DNA from: Podarcis tiliguerta
Taxonomy: Eukaryota
Assembly: GCA_965153285.1 (NCBI GenBank)
Contig: OZ229111.1
Length of the DNA stretch: 64,000 nucleotides
Direction: 5' to 3' (one strand)
The first letter of the stretch is position 1, and each line of letters opens with the position of its first letter. The position numbers were made by a program, and so were the translations under genes. Below are positions 1-12,254 of this stretch, piece after piece. The notes below the pieces were generated by a model. That model made no database searches. It saw only the letters and a program-made list of their open reading frames with translations, and had not been told where the DNA came from.

Positions 1-213
1 CCCCTCACGCCGGGCAGACATTGGCCAGCCCCACAAGCTCGGGGGACAGCAGGGAGGCGCAGCGCCGCCACCCCGCTGTTCCTCGACCTGGTTGGGTTTC
101 CCGGACCTGCTTTTGGGGGGAAAATAAAGGAAAAAAATTTTTTCCTTTATTTCCCCCCCAAAAAACTAGGTGCGTCCTATGGGACGGAGCGTCCAATGGG
201 ACGAAAAATACGA
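1..213. mobile_element. Right end of a Tc2/pogo-type (Tc1/mariner superfamily) non-autonomous element
   Basis: GC/CpG-rich segment ending GGTGCGTCCTATGGGACGGAGCGTCCAATGGGACGAAAAATACG(A) followed by TA. This resembles the CCGTATTTTTC-type terminal inverted repeat (TIR); the left end is outside the window. Confidence 0.6.
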
Positions 214-500
214 TATGTAATAATTTAATAATAAATGTATTATATTTAATAATATAACATATTTAATAATAATAAGGCTAAGCACAAGTCAAAGGCCAGA
301 ATCGCCAATGTGCATATGACTGGAATCTGGAACCAAAGGCTTCATAAAATCTGATGAGATGGACTTCTGCCTCAGAACTAAAGCAAAACCCTTTGTTAGT
401 CTGACCATTCCCTCTCTATGCCAATAAAATAAGTTCCGAGGTTATTACTTCTTTTCTATGAGTCATCTCCATTTGCTGTCTCCAAGCATTGAATGTTTAG

Positions 501-590
501 TATAGTCGTACCTCAGAAGTTGAACGGAATCTGTTCTGAAAGTCTGTTCGACTTCCAAAACATTCGGAAACTGATTGCCTGCAGGAAGCT
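501..590. mobile_element. Truncated Tc1/mariner (Tigger-like) MITE end
   Basis: TA-TAGTCGTACCTCAGAAGTTGAACGGAAT... resembles the termini of the MITEs at 16886 and 19522; no partner TIR. Confidence 0.45.
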
Positions 591-1146
591 TGTCTTGTCA
601 GGACAGCAATATAGAAATGCAATAAATAAATAAGAAACGAACAAGGGCAAGCAGAGGTAAAGAAAAGAAACAGATGCCTGTCCATAGTTAGCCACGAGGA
701 ATCCATGCAGTACGTAGGGGCCAAAGCTGCACAAGAACTTTAGGCCATGCATCCTTGACTGAATAAAAAAGGCTCCTGTGAAACATTTGTCCTGCCATTA
801 GGTGGTGGAGCAAGAGGAGCATGTCCCTCCCACAGACCATGGGAAGGATGGCGAAGGCACTTCCAGAGTGTTGCTATTTCCAGGTGGGATTCTACCACAC
901 CCCAGCAAATTCCGGTTGATCAATTAAATTAATTTGGTGTTCCTGCACAACAAAGCTGCTTCTCCCCCAAAGTGGACTTTTTGCAATAAAGTGATGGGTA
1001 AATGCATTGGGAAGTCTGGGATAAGACTTGCTTGACACAATGTTCCCCAACGTTCCTGCAAACAAATCTAGACGAATGCTAAATAGACAGGTTGTCTGGA
1101 AGCAACCTGACAGAAATACTGTTCTCCTGCCTACCCTGGCTAGGGG

Positions 1147-1163
1147 TTTTTGTTTTGTTTTGT

Positions 1164-1194
<31 letters not shown>

Positions 1195-1196
1195 GT
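1147..1196. repeat. (TTTTG)n microsatellite
   Basis: Direct reading. Confidence 0.9.
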
Positions 1197-1713
1197 TAAC
1201 TATCCTTTCAGGCCAAACCTTTCAAGCCACTGTTTTTGACAGACTGAACACAAAAGTGGCTGTGATGAAATAGTGCTTCCATGTTTCCCTTCCAGGAAAA
1301 CAACAACAGCAACAACATTCAAAAATATTTGCCAGATAACAAACTGTAATGGATGGTAAGGCTGCAGTTGGAAATGCACTTTCTAAGGAAGACCCCTCAC
1401 AGAACAACTTGTTTTTATTTATTTATTTAAACCTAGCTTCATTGATATTGATTACAGGGTTTGTTTCAGAGGGTACAAACAAACTCTGACAACAACAAAT
1501 CAATCAAAATGCAGTTAAAAAAGCCTGAGCTAACGAGTACATCTTGACTTGGCACTAAAATAAAAGCAATGTGGGTGCCTGTTTGAAGGAATGGGTTTCT
1601 GTGCAGTCAGTTTGAAATGGGACCCAAAACCCCCATTTTCTTCTTTCTCCAAGGGAGCATTTCTAAAATGCATTAACTTGAGCTGTTGAGCAAATGCATA
1701 ACAAGAACACAGG

Positions 1714-2228
1714 TGTATAAACAAAGCTCTCCCCTTTATCAGTCACGGCAATTGATGACCTTGGCTGTTCCAGTGGAGTAAGGAAGGAACGTCTTATCTT
1801 ACATCCTGACCACACTCTGACGCACAGACCTAGTCCGGGAACAGCGCCAGAGTGTGTTCCTGGAGTTCGTGACCTCTTGCTCCAAGATAAGAGTATAGGA
1901 ACAGGAATACCCTTTTATGGTCAGGAGTACAGGAAGGAAAACCCTTTTATGGTTAAGAGCACCGGAGCAGGAACATCTGTGATGTCAACCTGCCTGTAAA
2001 AGCTGACGTGGATGGATTCCTGGGGAAGGGGGGAGAGGGTGCCTGGAGGATATATATACAGCATGAAATTTCTCATTTTTTTGGACTTGCTGTGAGCTGA
2101 CCACGCAAGTGCCTTCTGCTATCCGGAGAGCAGAATAACTTTTTCTCTGAACCAACTCTCGGTGTCATTTGACTTCCTTCTTCCCGTCCAGGAGCAACGC
2201 TCACCCAACCAATTGGTAAAGTCCAATA
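1714..2228 (+). mobile_element. Probable solo LTR (ERV-like)
   Basis: Starts TGTA. U3-like direct repeat ACCCTTTTATGGT at 1909-1921 and 1941-1953, TATATATA at ~2051, AATAA at 2134, retained CpGs, ends ...CAATA. No clean TSD. Confidence 0.45.
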
Positions 2229-2239
2229 AGGCTATATGT

Positions 2240-3240
2240 TGTCCTTGTGAGGGAGGGCATATGACAAGTGGGGCACCACCGTTGGAGAAGGTGATATCTT
2301 GCAGGAGCTCCTGGGCCAATTAACATGCAAAGAAGAGCATCCCTAGTGTGGGCAGCCTGGTACAAGGAGAGGCGTCCCCTCAGGTTTTTGGGTTCCAACT
2401 CACTTAGGACTTTACAAGCAAGGACCCAAGATTGTGAAGTGGGTTCACTCCCGCAGAACCTCATGAAAAGGAAAAAGAGCTTCATCAAAACCCTCTGATG
2501 ACCTCTCCCAATGACTTATAGTTTGATCCCTGAAGGACACCACAGCACAAGTGCTATGGAGCCAAGCAGAAGCTCCCCACTGCTGCTTTCTGAAGCTGAT
2601 CCTGTAGGTAACAGCTGAACCACCATAGCACTTATGGCTTAACTCCCACCTCACAGACACAAGTCAGTATGTTAGCATGGTCAACAGTATGAAAAGCCTT
2701 TGAGGGGTCCAAGAGAATTAACAGGGGTGGACTCCCACTGTCTCTTTGCTGGAAAACATTATTCATTAGAAAAACCAACACTGTTTGGGTGCCAAATCCA
2801 AACTGAAATTGGTCCAGATAATCTGTGTCATCATGCATTGAAGTTGGCCCACCAACACCACTACCTCAAGCACCTTGCCCCAAATGGGGATATTAGTGAC
2901 TGGGTGAAGCAGTCTTCTGGGTCCAAAGATGGACTCTTTTAGGGTGGCCACACCAAGGCCTCATTCACAAAGGCATTTACCACTCGCTGCACCCGCCTAA
3001 TCTGTTCCCTGTTGCTAGCAGTCTCCAGCCAAGAGCAGCAAGGGCGAATCATACATGTGGCCAGCCAAACCCCTCTAAACACTGAAACTGATCTAAACCA
3101 GCATGGCCAGGTGGTACTCTGACCACCTCCACTGGATTGGTATCAATACCAGCATAGAAATTCAGCATGGATAAGAGTGGCTTTATCCTCACAGTGTTCT
3201 TCAGTTTTCTGAGGATTCTATCACCCCCAATCTGGATCAG
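2240..3240 (-). mobile_element. Degenerate L2-clade LINE, reverse transcriptase region
   Basis: Frameshifted minus-strand peptides HPVTNIPIWGKVLEVVV and DDTDYLDQFQFGFGTQTVLV...LLILLDPSKAFHTVDH match non-LTR RT motifs (YRPVSN.PFLGKV.E; Q.GFR..TET; LDLSAAFDT.DH). Confidence 0.85.
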
Positions 3241-3953
3241 ATTTCCATATGCTATTCACCACTTGGAAATGTTCTGCTGGATAGCTAGCAATATGACTAA
3301 ACATCTTTAGAATCATGCGGCACGGTACCTTGCAGAAAACTATCTTATGTTTCCCCCCACTGAAAAGCTAAAGAAAGTAAAGCTAACAGCCCCAGATTCC
3401 CAGTTTCAGCTACCCCTTGCTTTTTACTAATTTCCCTATGAGTAATTTTTCAACTGTGAAGATTAAAAAAAACTGTGGCAAATGAGTAATATGGGAGCCG
3501 GGTCAGAGTCTGGATTGTACCTGGACTTGCTTCTGAACACCATTAGTAGGATGCTATAACTAAAGAGCAAATGCTTTCTTTCTGATCAGCGAAGCAGGGA
3601 AGAAGAAAGAGTGTGTGTTTTACTGCTGGCACATTTCCAATACTATCCCAAAGAATTGTGACATGACTGTCAAACTTCATTATCAGCCCTCAGATATCTA
3701 TTTGGAACTCTAGTGAGCTGAGCTATCTGTTATTTTTAGAGGGTACAGGAAATGCTCTAATTAAAAGAGAAGCTAACATCTCCTCACCAGTTTCAAATGA
3801 AAAAAGAGAAGATAACATATAATCATTGAAACAGTTCATACTAGCACCACTACTCCTCCTCTTTATTTTTAACATCAGCAGCATTTGTTTATTTCTATAC
3901 TGATTTTGGGTGAGACCCCCACAAATTAATATAAGGGGAAAATGCAGTTAGAC

Positions 3954-3956
<3 letters not shown>

Positions 3957-4013
<57 letters not shown>
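3957..4013. repeat. (TA)n(CA)n compound microsatellite
   Basis: Direct reading. Confidence 0.95.
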
Positions 4014-4014
<1 letters not shown>

Positions 4015-4316
4015 AAAACATGGTGCAGTGAATCATTAAAAAGATAAAATAGTAACCACCCAAGCACATCGCAAATCACACTTTTATACCGTTATGAGTT
4101 TGCTGGGTGGGGTGGCCAGTCTGGAGGGTACCCTGGGCCCTTCCAGATCTTGGGACCCTGTATCTGTGGTGGCAGAATATATAAGAACAAGCTTGTCATA
4201 CCAGTTCCTTTGTCAAGTGAATGACTCTGGCTGGCTTGTAAAGTACCACGATTTAGCAAAACCAAAGAAGTTGCTTGGTGCCATAGAACAAATGGGGTGA
4301 GGGAAAGCCTCACCTA

Positions 4317-4391
4317 CGACAGGAGTGCCTGGTGTTCTCTGGTCCATGGGGTCATGAAGAGTCGGACACGACTAAATGACTAAACAACAAC
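4317..4391 (+). mobile_element. RTE-BovB LINE 3' terminal fragment
   Basis: GACAGGAGTGCCTGG...GGTCCATGGGGTCATGAAGAGTCGGACACGACTAAATGACTAAACAACAAC is a BovB-type 3' end with a (CAA)n tail. Confidence 0.85.
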
Positions 4392-4602
4392 TTCGATGCA
4401 GGAGAACAATAAGGAGAGTTGTATATGTGAATGCTAGAAGCTGCAGACAGAGAGACATGTCTTGCTCTGTGCTGGACCTACCTAAAGCACCCAAAGTTCT
4501 GGCGATTTTAGGGAGTTGTACCAAAAGGTTCAAAGAAAATATGAATTTTGAAGATGGATTTGATGGAAGGGAGAGCAGTTGAATTGTCAGGGTGATCTAG
4601 AA

Positions 4603-4738
4603 CAGGCATAGGCAAACTCAGCCCTCCAGATGTTTTGGGACTACAACTCCCATCATCCCTGACCACTTGTCCTGTTAGCTAGGGATGATGGGAGTTGTAG
4701 TCCCAAAACATCTGGAGGGTTGAGTTTTCCCATGCCTG
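4603..4738. mobile_element. 136-bp palindromic hAT MITE
   Basis: CAGGCATAGG...CCCATGCCTG with long inverted arms; 8-bp TSD ATCTAGAA (4595-4602, 4739-4746). Confidence 0.92.
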
Positions 4739-4805
4739 ATCTAGAACAATAGTCTTTATAGCTTTTTCAGATCTGGGATCCATTTTCAGCACTAATATGC
4801 GTCAC

Positions 4806-4807
<2 letters not shown>

Positions 4808-4840
<33 letters not shown>
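4808..4840. repeat. (TTA)n microsatellite
   Basis: Direct reading. Confidence 0.9.
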
Positions 4841-6114
4841 GCCATGTATTTGTATGGTTAGACAGCAGCCCAGTAATAGCTCCTGCCCAACCAATCTGAA
4901 GAACAATGATCTAGGAGGCAGTTCCAAGATACTGCACTTCTGAGGGATCAAGAGACCTTCTGTAGGTATGGGTGGATAGCTTCTCTGGGTAGTTGAGGCC
5001 AGAGGCTCAGTCCCTTCTCTGAAAGGTGGTGATCTACTCAGCAGTGATAGAAAAAGATAGCTAGTAACGATGTAGAAGTGAAATAACTGATATAAATGAT
5101 GAGCTTTCACTGAGCAAGGATTGTGCAGTAGTCTCTTTTCCCCCATCAGCACATAATATCTTGTTACATGCTTCATTGCAGTTAAGAGCAATTATGAAGA
5201 AAAAAATCACTAGCAATCTGGAGTTTAGTTTCAATCTCTCTCAAGCACAGTGAGCATACTGATTGATTCCCATTCGAATTCAGACATCTTTATGAAGTCT
5301 TCAGGCTTTTCTTTTTGCCTCAGAACTTTAAAACAAACTTTAGAGCAATGCCTAATGTGGTATTTGATGTACTGTCTTGGCCTATTTCATGGGATCAGTT
5401 CCAGTCTTTGGAGGCCTGAGAATGCAGACAGGATACTTGCAGTGGTGTGACCCGGACCTGAGCTCTTGATCCTAGCCCGCCATGGCTAATTAAAGCTAGC
5501 TACATGACTTTGACTGGGTGAGTGCATGTTGCATTTCGAATTAGCTTTGGAAATTGAGTGGAAGCCACTCCCAGTCAAGAGTCTCCTGGCTGTATTTTGA
5601 ATTAACTAAAGATTCAAAACAGTCTTCAAAGGCAGCCCAGCATACAGCACATCGATCCTAGATGCTATCAAGAGATACCAACCATCTATCCACAAAATTC
5701 CACATTGTTGATGGATGAATCTAGTTCTTAGGTTAGAATAGACACAAAGTCTTAGTTTCCGAGTGCGATCCAAACATTTACCAGTGTGGGTGGTTCTTTT
5801 TTCTTTACAAAAATTGTGTTTTGATTTTGCACAGTGGGTACGGTGCTAGATCATTAAGTGCTTCTTGTTAGCTGTCAGTAATTGGTAGCAAATCAATGTA
5901 ACCTACATTACGACACCTGCCACTTGATTTCAAAGTTCCTCTTAACTGCAGCAACATTCTGAAAATCCACCATCCTTCTACAGATTGGTGGGGTATAAAT
6001 AATAAAATTGTTGTTGTTGTTACAGTCTGTTGGTGATGTGAAAGGTTATCTCCAGGATAGGTAAAAGAACTCAAGGTGAATTTAATTATATAACAAGAAA
6101 TATGCTTAATATTA

Positions 6115-6475
6115 GGGATGCGGGTGGCACTGTGGGTTAAACCACAGAGCCTAGCTAGGGCTTGCCGATCAGATGGTCGGCGGTTCGAATCCCTGCATGG
6201 GGTGAGCTCCTGTTGCTCAGTCCCAGCTCCTGCCAACCTAGCAGTTCGAAAGCACACCAAAAAGTGCAAGTAGATAAATAGGTACCGCTCCGGCAGGAAG
6301 GTAAATGGTGTTTCCGTGCACTGCTCTGGTTCACCAGAAGCGGCTTAGTCATTCTGGTCACATTACCTGGAAGCTGTACGCCGGCTCCCTCGACCAATAA
6401 AGCGAGATGAGCGCCGCAACCCCAGAGTCGGTCATGACTGGACCTAATGGTCAGGGGTCCCTTTACCTTTACCTT
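6115..6475 (+). mobile_element. Sauria/Squam1 SINE, full length (subfamily A)
   Basis: tRNA-derived head GGTGGCACTGTGGG...GGTTCGAATCCC, core GCAAGTAGATAAATAGGTACC, (ACCTTT)n tail; 13-bp TSD TATGCTTAATATT (6101-6113, 6476-6488). Confidence 0.95.
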
Positions 6476-6581
6476 TATGCTTAATATTTAAGAGCAAAAT
6501 GTCCATTATTATGGTAGGAAGGCAGAACTCATGCAGCATGGACTGTGTTAAGAGGGGCAATATGCCTTTGTTCATCTACAT

Positions 6582-6767
6582 CAGGGGTAGTCAACCTTTT
6601 TATAGCTACCGCCCATTTATGCATCTTTCTTGATGGTAAAATTTCCTTACCACCCACCAGTGCTCAATGGAAGGAGGATTCAGCTTGTGCCATAGAACCC
6701 CCTACTACACACCTGGAATCCTGAAACGCCCACTAGTGGGCGGTAGGGACCAGGTTGACAACCCCTG
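6582..6767. mobile_element. hAT MITE
   Basis: TIRs CAGGGGTAGTCAACC / GGTTGACAACCCCTG; 8-bp TSD ATCTACAT (6574-6581, 6768-6775). Confidence 0.92.
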
Positions 6768-6969
6768 ATCTACATGGATAGATCTAGTCCAGAGGTAGCC
6801 AATTTAGTTTCCTCCGGACTTACTGGTATCCAGACTTATTTCCCAAGTTTGTTAATTTTTTCCACTGCACCATACAGTCACAGAAAGTGACTGGAGGAAG
6901 CTAACTGGCTGAGGAGCCATACAGTCCCCGAGTTCACATTGCATGTAAACTTACACTGTAATGGCTAAG

Positions 6970-7072
6970 ACAGGGATGGGGAACTGGTGGTCCTTTAGAT
7001 GTTGCACGTATGCCTGACCATTGGCCATGCTGGCTGGGGGTGGTGGGAGTTGGAGTTCAACAGCATCTGAAA
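6970..7072. mobile_element. Old hAT-type MITE fragment
   Basis: CAGGGATGGGGAAC...GGGAGTTGGAGTTCAACAGCATCTG; related diverged copies near 29600-29710 and 61400-61532. Confidence 0.5.
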
Positions 7073-7865
7073 TGAAGTACCTGGCTACTCATTAATTACC
7101 TCAATTCCCAGTTGATGTGATGCCCTTGTCCATTTCAGCATATCTTTGCGAGTCTCATTTTCAGTGGAGGTGGGCTTTTGTACCAGCTGTCGCTTTACTA
7201 AGTTGCATGTCCATGCAGATGTGCAGCATCATTAACTGTGAACATCTGAGATTATCCCTGCAGCACTGCTCTGGTAAGAATTTGAATTTAGTAGATCTGG
7301 AAAGTTGATAAGCAAACAGCACCAATGCTTCCAAAATAACTGTCCGGTGCATTAATCCAGTACACACAGGGGAAATTTGCCTTTGCATCTAATGTGCAAA
7401 TGTTGCATCAGCTGCAGGGGTGTGTGGGCAGCTAAAAGGATCGGAGGAGGCATGGACAGGGAATGTAATCCTTTTCTCCCCTGCTGTGATTCTGAGGAAA
7501 ATCCATCTTCTGAAGCTATATTTGCTTTACATGGAATGCACCACTGGTGGGAATGTGGGATTTCCTCCCAGAGCAAGGCTAGCTTTAGAAAGGAGATTTT
7601 CCTCTGGACCACAGCAGGGAAGAAAGTGATTGAATTTCCCATCTGTGCCTCACTTGATCCTGTTAATGATCAGCCTCCCAAGCAGATGCAGTTTGCATTT
7701 CAAAAACCCTGCCCATTAGATGCGAAGACACATTGGTCTGCTTCACACATAATGCTGGACCATCGTTTAGCATTATGTGTGAATCCTGTCAACAAGCTTA
7801 AGTATGGCTTGTTTACAGCCAGTAAATGACAACCCAAATTTTTGGCTTCTTTTATAATACTAAAG

Positions 7866-8218
7866 ATAAAGGCAAAGGGACCCCTAACCGTTAGGTCTAG
7901 TGGTGAACAACTCTGGGGTTGTGGCATTCATTTCGCTTTACTGGTCAAGGGAGCCAGCTTACAGCTTCCGGGTCATGTGGCCAGCATGACTAAGCCACTT
8001 CTGGCGAACCAGAGCAGCACGTGGAAACACTGTTAACCTTCCCGCCGGAGCAGTACCTATTTATCTACTTGCACCTTGACAGGCTTTCAAATTGCTAGGT
8101 TGGCAGGAGCAGGGACCGAGCAATGGGAGCTCACCCTGTTGCAGGGATTTGAACCGCCGACCTTCTGATCGGCAAGCCCTAGGCTCTGTGGTTTAGATCA
8201 CAGCGCCACCCGCGTCCC
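7866..8218 (-). mobile_element. Sauria/Squam1 SINE, full length (subfamily A)
   Basis: Reverse complement of the 6115 element; 14-bp TSD TTATAATACTAAAG (7852-7865, 8221-8234). Confidence 0.95.
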
Positions 8219-10097
8219 ACTTATAATACTAAAGCATGCTGTTAAATGTGAACCCAGCACCCCCAACACGTGAACTTTGACCACAATGCCCCAAACACTC
8301 ACCAAGCTGTGAAGGCACAAGCAGCTAGAGAAGAAGCCAAACCTTTGTTTGCTTGATAAGTTTGTGGGACACTGTGCTGAGTGAGATGTGAGCTAAGAAG
8401 ACCTGCTTGACCAAGAGTCACTGTGTATTTAGGAATATCTGTGTCTGCCTTGCACAGAATGAGGCATGAAACCTTTATTAGCCGTGAGCTCTAGACGTTA
8501 TGCATTTTGGAATTGTGTTTGCCCTTCAAAATGTCTCAGAAGAGGGGGCAAAAGAAGAACTCTCACTAAAAATAAAGAGGGAAAACACCCCCCGGCAGAA
8601 GTGTATTCTCTCATTATAGCCTGCCTATCTTTGTAAGCCACGTTTGTCTCCATTTTATTTTTGAATGTACTAATCTTGGCCTCCATGAAGAACCGCCCAC
8701 TGTAGCCCTCTTGATAATGACATTGGCTAAAACAACTTTGTCTGAACTATTCATTGACATAAAAGTGGCTTTGCACTTTTATTGTCTCTTCTGGATTCAA
8801 TCTAATGTATTAAAATGCTAATTTTCTACCATGTTTTTAATCCCCTTAATATGCTTCCATTTGCATATATGGTCTCTCAACTCAAAGGCAAGAGGGATTT
8901 AGCAGAACATTCTGCATTTTATTTTTTAAAATCCTGCATATTGTACAGGAAAAGCCTGAGCTGACTTTCCTTCAGTTACACATTTCAAAAGAAAAGGGAA
9001 GACTGGCACTTTCCCCTATCACAAAATCCTATAATTGGGCACCCCAATTATCTTCAACCTATGTGCAATAGTAGCTGTCATTGGTTTCTTTTTTGGAAAA
9101 AAAAATATTGTCAAGAAATAAAACTACCGGTACTGAGTGAAATAAATTAAGCAGTGGTGATTTTCATAAAGCCATGCACTTATTTTGTGTTTTGTGAGAT
9201 CTTTAAAATTTTTATTTTAAGTACACCGGTTTAATAACTTTCCCCTGTGGTTGCTATTCATTCACAGCATTTATTTCAGTAGTAGTAATGACTAGCGGTA
9301 GTAAGGTCATCAGGTATTAGTGCTTATCATTGCAAAGCATTGTCACAGTCATCCACAGGCCTAAACATGGAAAGCTCAAAGAGCTTCATCTGGAGCCATC
9401 CAGACTCTTGTTATTCCTCAATTAAATTTGGACTTGAAATATTGTTACGGGTTTGTTGGTGCCCTGGTGCCCTCTAGATTCCTGGGTGCTAGGTTTGATC
9501 AGGGCTTTGAAAATTAAGATGAGGTGAAAGACATTGACTTCAGCAGGATAAAATAAAAATTCCAGCTAACCTTGTTTTTCCTGACTAGGGCATCACCAGG
9601 AGATAAGCCGTTTAGCAGAACAAAGGCAAATAATGACCAGTCATCAACACATCAGGGAAGTCATCAAGACATTTAAGCTTGTGCAATACAGAGAGGTGAG
9701 GGGCTCCTCCTCCAGCTGTGTGTGCTAGTGGGCAGGGAAAGAAAAGACTTAGGATTTCAGCTTGGATGATGTCAGAAGGAGAAATGTCATTATTTCATTC
9801 ATTATTCATTATTAAATTTATATACAGTACTGCCCTTCATCTGAAAATCTCTGGGTGGTTCACAAGCTATATTGTAGTATTTTGCAAGAGGTCTGAAAAA
9901 GCAGGGGAGATGGGGGGGGGCAGTAAAACTTTAGGTGGACGTGCTAAAGCAGGCTGTAAAAAAGGGACATGTAGCATGGCTTGATCTTCTGTTTGTAGAC
10001 CTACCTTAGGTTTGCTCCTCCTAAGAGAGGAGCAGAGAATCATCTTAAGTGTGAATGCTCTGAAGGCTATCTCCACTGTAGATTCAGGTTATATATA

Positions 10098-10343
10098 CAG
10101 TGGACGCTCAGGTTGCGAACGTGATCCATGCGGGATGCACGTTCGCAACCCGCAGCATTTGCAAACCGCGTCTGCACAGGTTGCAATTCGGCGATTCTGT
10201 GCATGTGCAAAACGCGATTTAGTGCTTCTGCACATGCACAACCGTCGAAATCTGGAAGTAACCTGTTCCGGTACTTCCGGGATTCGGTGGTCTGCAACCC
10301 AAAAAAACGCAACCTGAAGCGGCTGTAACCTGAGGTATGACTG
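10098..10343. mobile_element. Tc1/mariner (Tigger-like) MITE
   Basis: TA|CAGTGGACGCTCAGGTTGCG...TGTAACCTGAGGTATGACTG|TA; imperfect TIRs, TA TSD, CpG-rich interior. Confidence 0.85.
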
Positions 10344-11429
10344 TATGTGCATAAATAAACCATATATCCCTAATTCCGCTCCCTAATTTTTAAAAACAAT
10401 GCATTTCATACATATTCAACATGTTGTTTTTATTGTTTTAATTATGGTTGCTAGCAGCCTGGGGTTGCGGCTCAATATGTAGAGACAGAGAAGTGTGGCA
10501 GAAATATTATGATATACAGATAAACAAACATAGAAAATGGTTCCAGGCAGGGAGGCAAATAAGACAAGAGTCCTCCGGTGACCAATCCCTTTCCTTTCCA
10601 CCCGTTGGTCTCTGTCCTCAGCTGAACTGGAGGCCCAGACTTCTGTGTGGCATGCCTTTGTGTAATCTGGATCATGCCATTGGGTTGTTTTAAGGCGGAT
10701 GTTTGAGTAAGCCAAGGGCAAAAGGTGACCACTATCCTGCCTCTAATAAACATGCTTTTCTTTATTATTTGGACAGTTGTTCAGCCAAAGCACTGGGTCT
10801 TTTGCAAAAGTGGATGGGTTACAGAGAAGGCGCACCCCTCTCTTTTCTGGAATATTGCCTCTCATCAACAAGTTGTCACAGAATCTGTTGCTCCACCTAC
10901 GACACTTGCATAAATTCTTCAAATCTATGAGAGGATCAAAGTGTGTCTTTAAGCTGCTCTGTACATGTTTTATTCATATTTTTAACCTCCTTCTATTTAC
11001 CTGCTTAACAACCTGCCAGAAGTAGCTGTTGGCAAGCAGCAAATTACTCATTTAGTGGACATCTGCTCCATTATTTTTTTTAATGAATAATTACCTGATG
11101 ATAAATCTGTGGGGCCTATCCGGTGGTTCTGCATGTTGAAGATTCTGAGAAGCCTCAAAGCCTTTCCTGAACAAAGAACTTCACAAAGCCAATGGCCTGT
11201 AATATGCAGTGGCAATTGCTTGTTAGACCACATAGATGTTAGGGTTAGCAGGTGGCATGGACTCGTGAATCTGGCCAGGGTGGTAAGTGTGGTTGGTTGG
11301 TGACTTTGTCTTATCCTCTCCTTCCAACCTGGAAAGTGGTGTCCACTTTCAGGTGCTAGTGGGACGTGGAGTGCTGGCAGTGTATAGAAAATCTGAGCGC
11401 CACACTTAGGGAGATAAAGAATTACACAA

Positions 11430-11995
11430 CTTTTAGAAGACATCTGAAAGCAGCCCTGTATTAGGAGGTTTTTAACACTTGATGTTTTTATTATGTTTTC
11501 ATTTTTTAATTGAAATAAATTTTATTTGGCTTTTACAAGTATAAAATTATAACAATACAAAATACATATCCATATTTAAAGATTCCTCCAAATATCTGAA
11601 CTTCCCACCTTCGCCTTCATGGGTCAATCTTTTCAACTGCATATTATTCAGTAATCCATATTTTATGTCCCTCCATTTTGTCCATAATACTTGATACGTT
11701 ACAAATGTTATTGCAGTCCTGCTAATGTTTTCTTCTGCTTACAGTGGACTCCCAGATAAGCTATGAATTTTCCAATTCTTTATTAAAGATTTGGTCTTCT
11801 TGGTTCCTGAACTTTCTGGTCAGTTTTGTCATTTCTGCATAGTCCAACAGCTTAATTTGCCATTCTTCTCTAGTAGGGACTTTGTCTTCTTTTATTATGT
11901 TTTATTATTTTTTTATATGCTGTAAGCCACCCAAAGTGGCTGGAGAAACCCAGCCAGATGGGCAGAGTATAAATAAAATCATCATCATCATCATA
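11430..11995 (+). mobile_element. L2-clade LINE 3' tail, split by an L1 insertion
   Basis: AGAAGACATCTGAAAGCAGCCCTG...GTAAGCCACCCAAAGTGGCTGGAGAAACCCAGCCAGATGGGCAGAGTATAAAT, homologous to the tail at 47700-47820. Confidence 0.75.
11500..11889 (-). mobile_element. 5'-truncated L1-type LINE (ORF2 C-terminus plus 3' UTR)
   Basis: Minus strand reads EDKVPTREEWQIKLLDYAEMTKLTRKFRNQEDQIFNKE..., followed by a 3' UTR and an A-rich end; 14-bp TSD TTTTATTATGTTTT (11486-11499, 11890-11903). Confidence 0.75.
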
Positions 11996-12067
11996 ATTAT
12001 CTCATGCACACACTGTCTGCCATCTGCCCTCTAAGCTAGTCTGGTATGTAGTATTCTCCACATGTAG

Positions 12068-12254
12068 CAGGGGTGCCAACTTGGAATAAAGTATGGGGGC
12101 AGGTAAGCTCTGCCCCACATAATCAATCACATGAAGGGGCATATGCACACCAATAGAATGGCAATGCCCATCAACTTTGGGGATCCCGGCCCCCTTGAAT
12201 ATTTTATTGGGGGGAGGGCAAAGAGACCTCAGCCCCTAAGAGTTGGCTCCTATG
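12068..12254. mobile_element. Non-autonomous DNA transposon (hAT-like MITE)
   Basis: CAGGGGTGCCAACTT...AGTTGGCTCCTATG imperfect TIRs. Confidence 0.55.

Noticed and set aside
351-385. Hammerhead core CTGATGA
   Set aside because: No stem II followed by GAAA and no closing stems; the same applies to other isolated CTGATGA hits I noticed.
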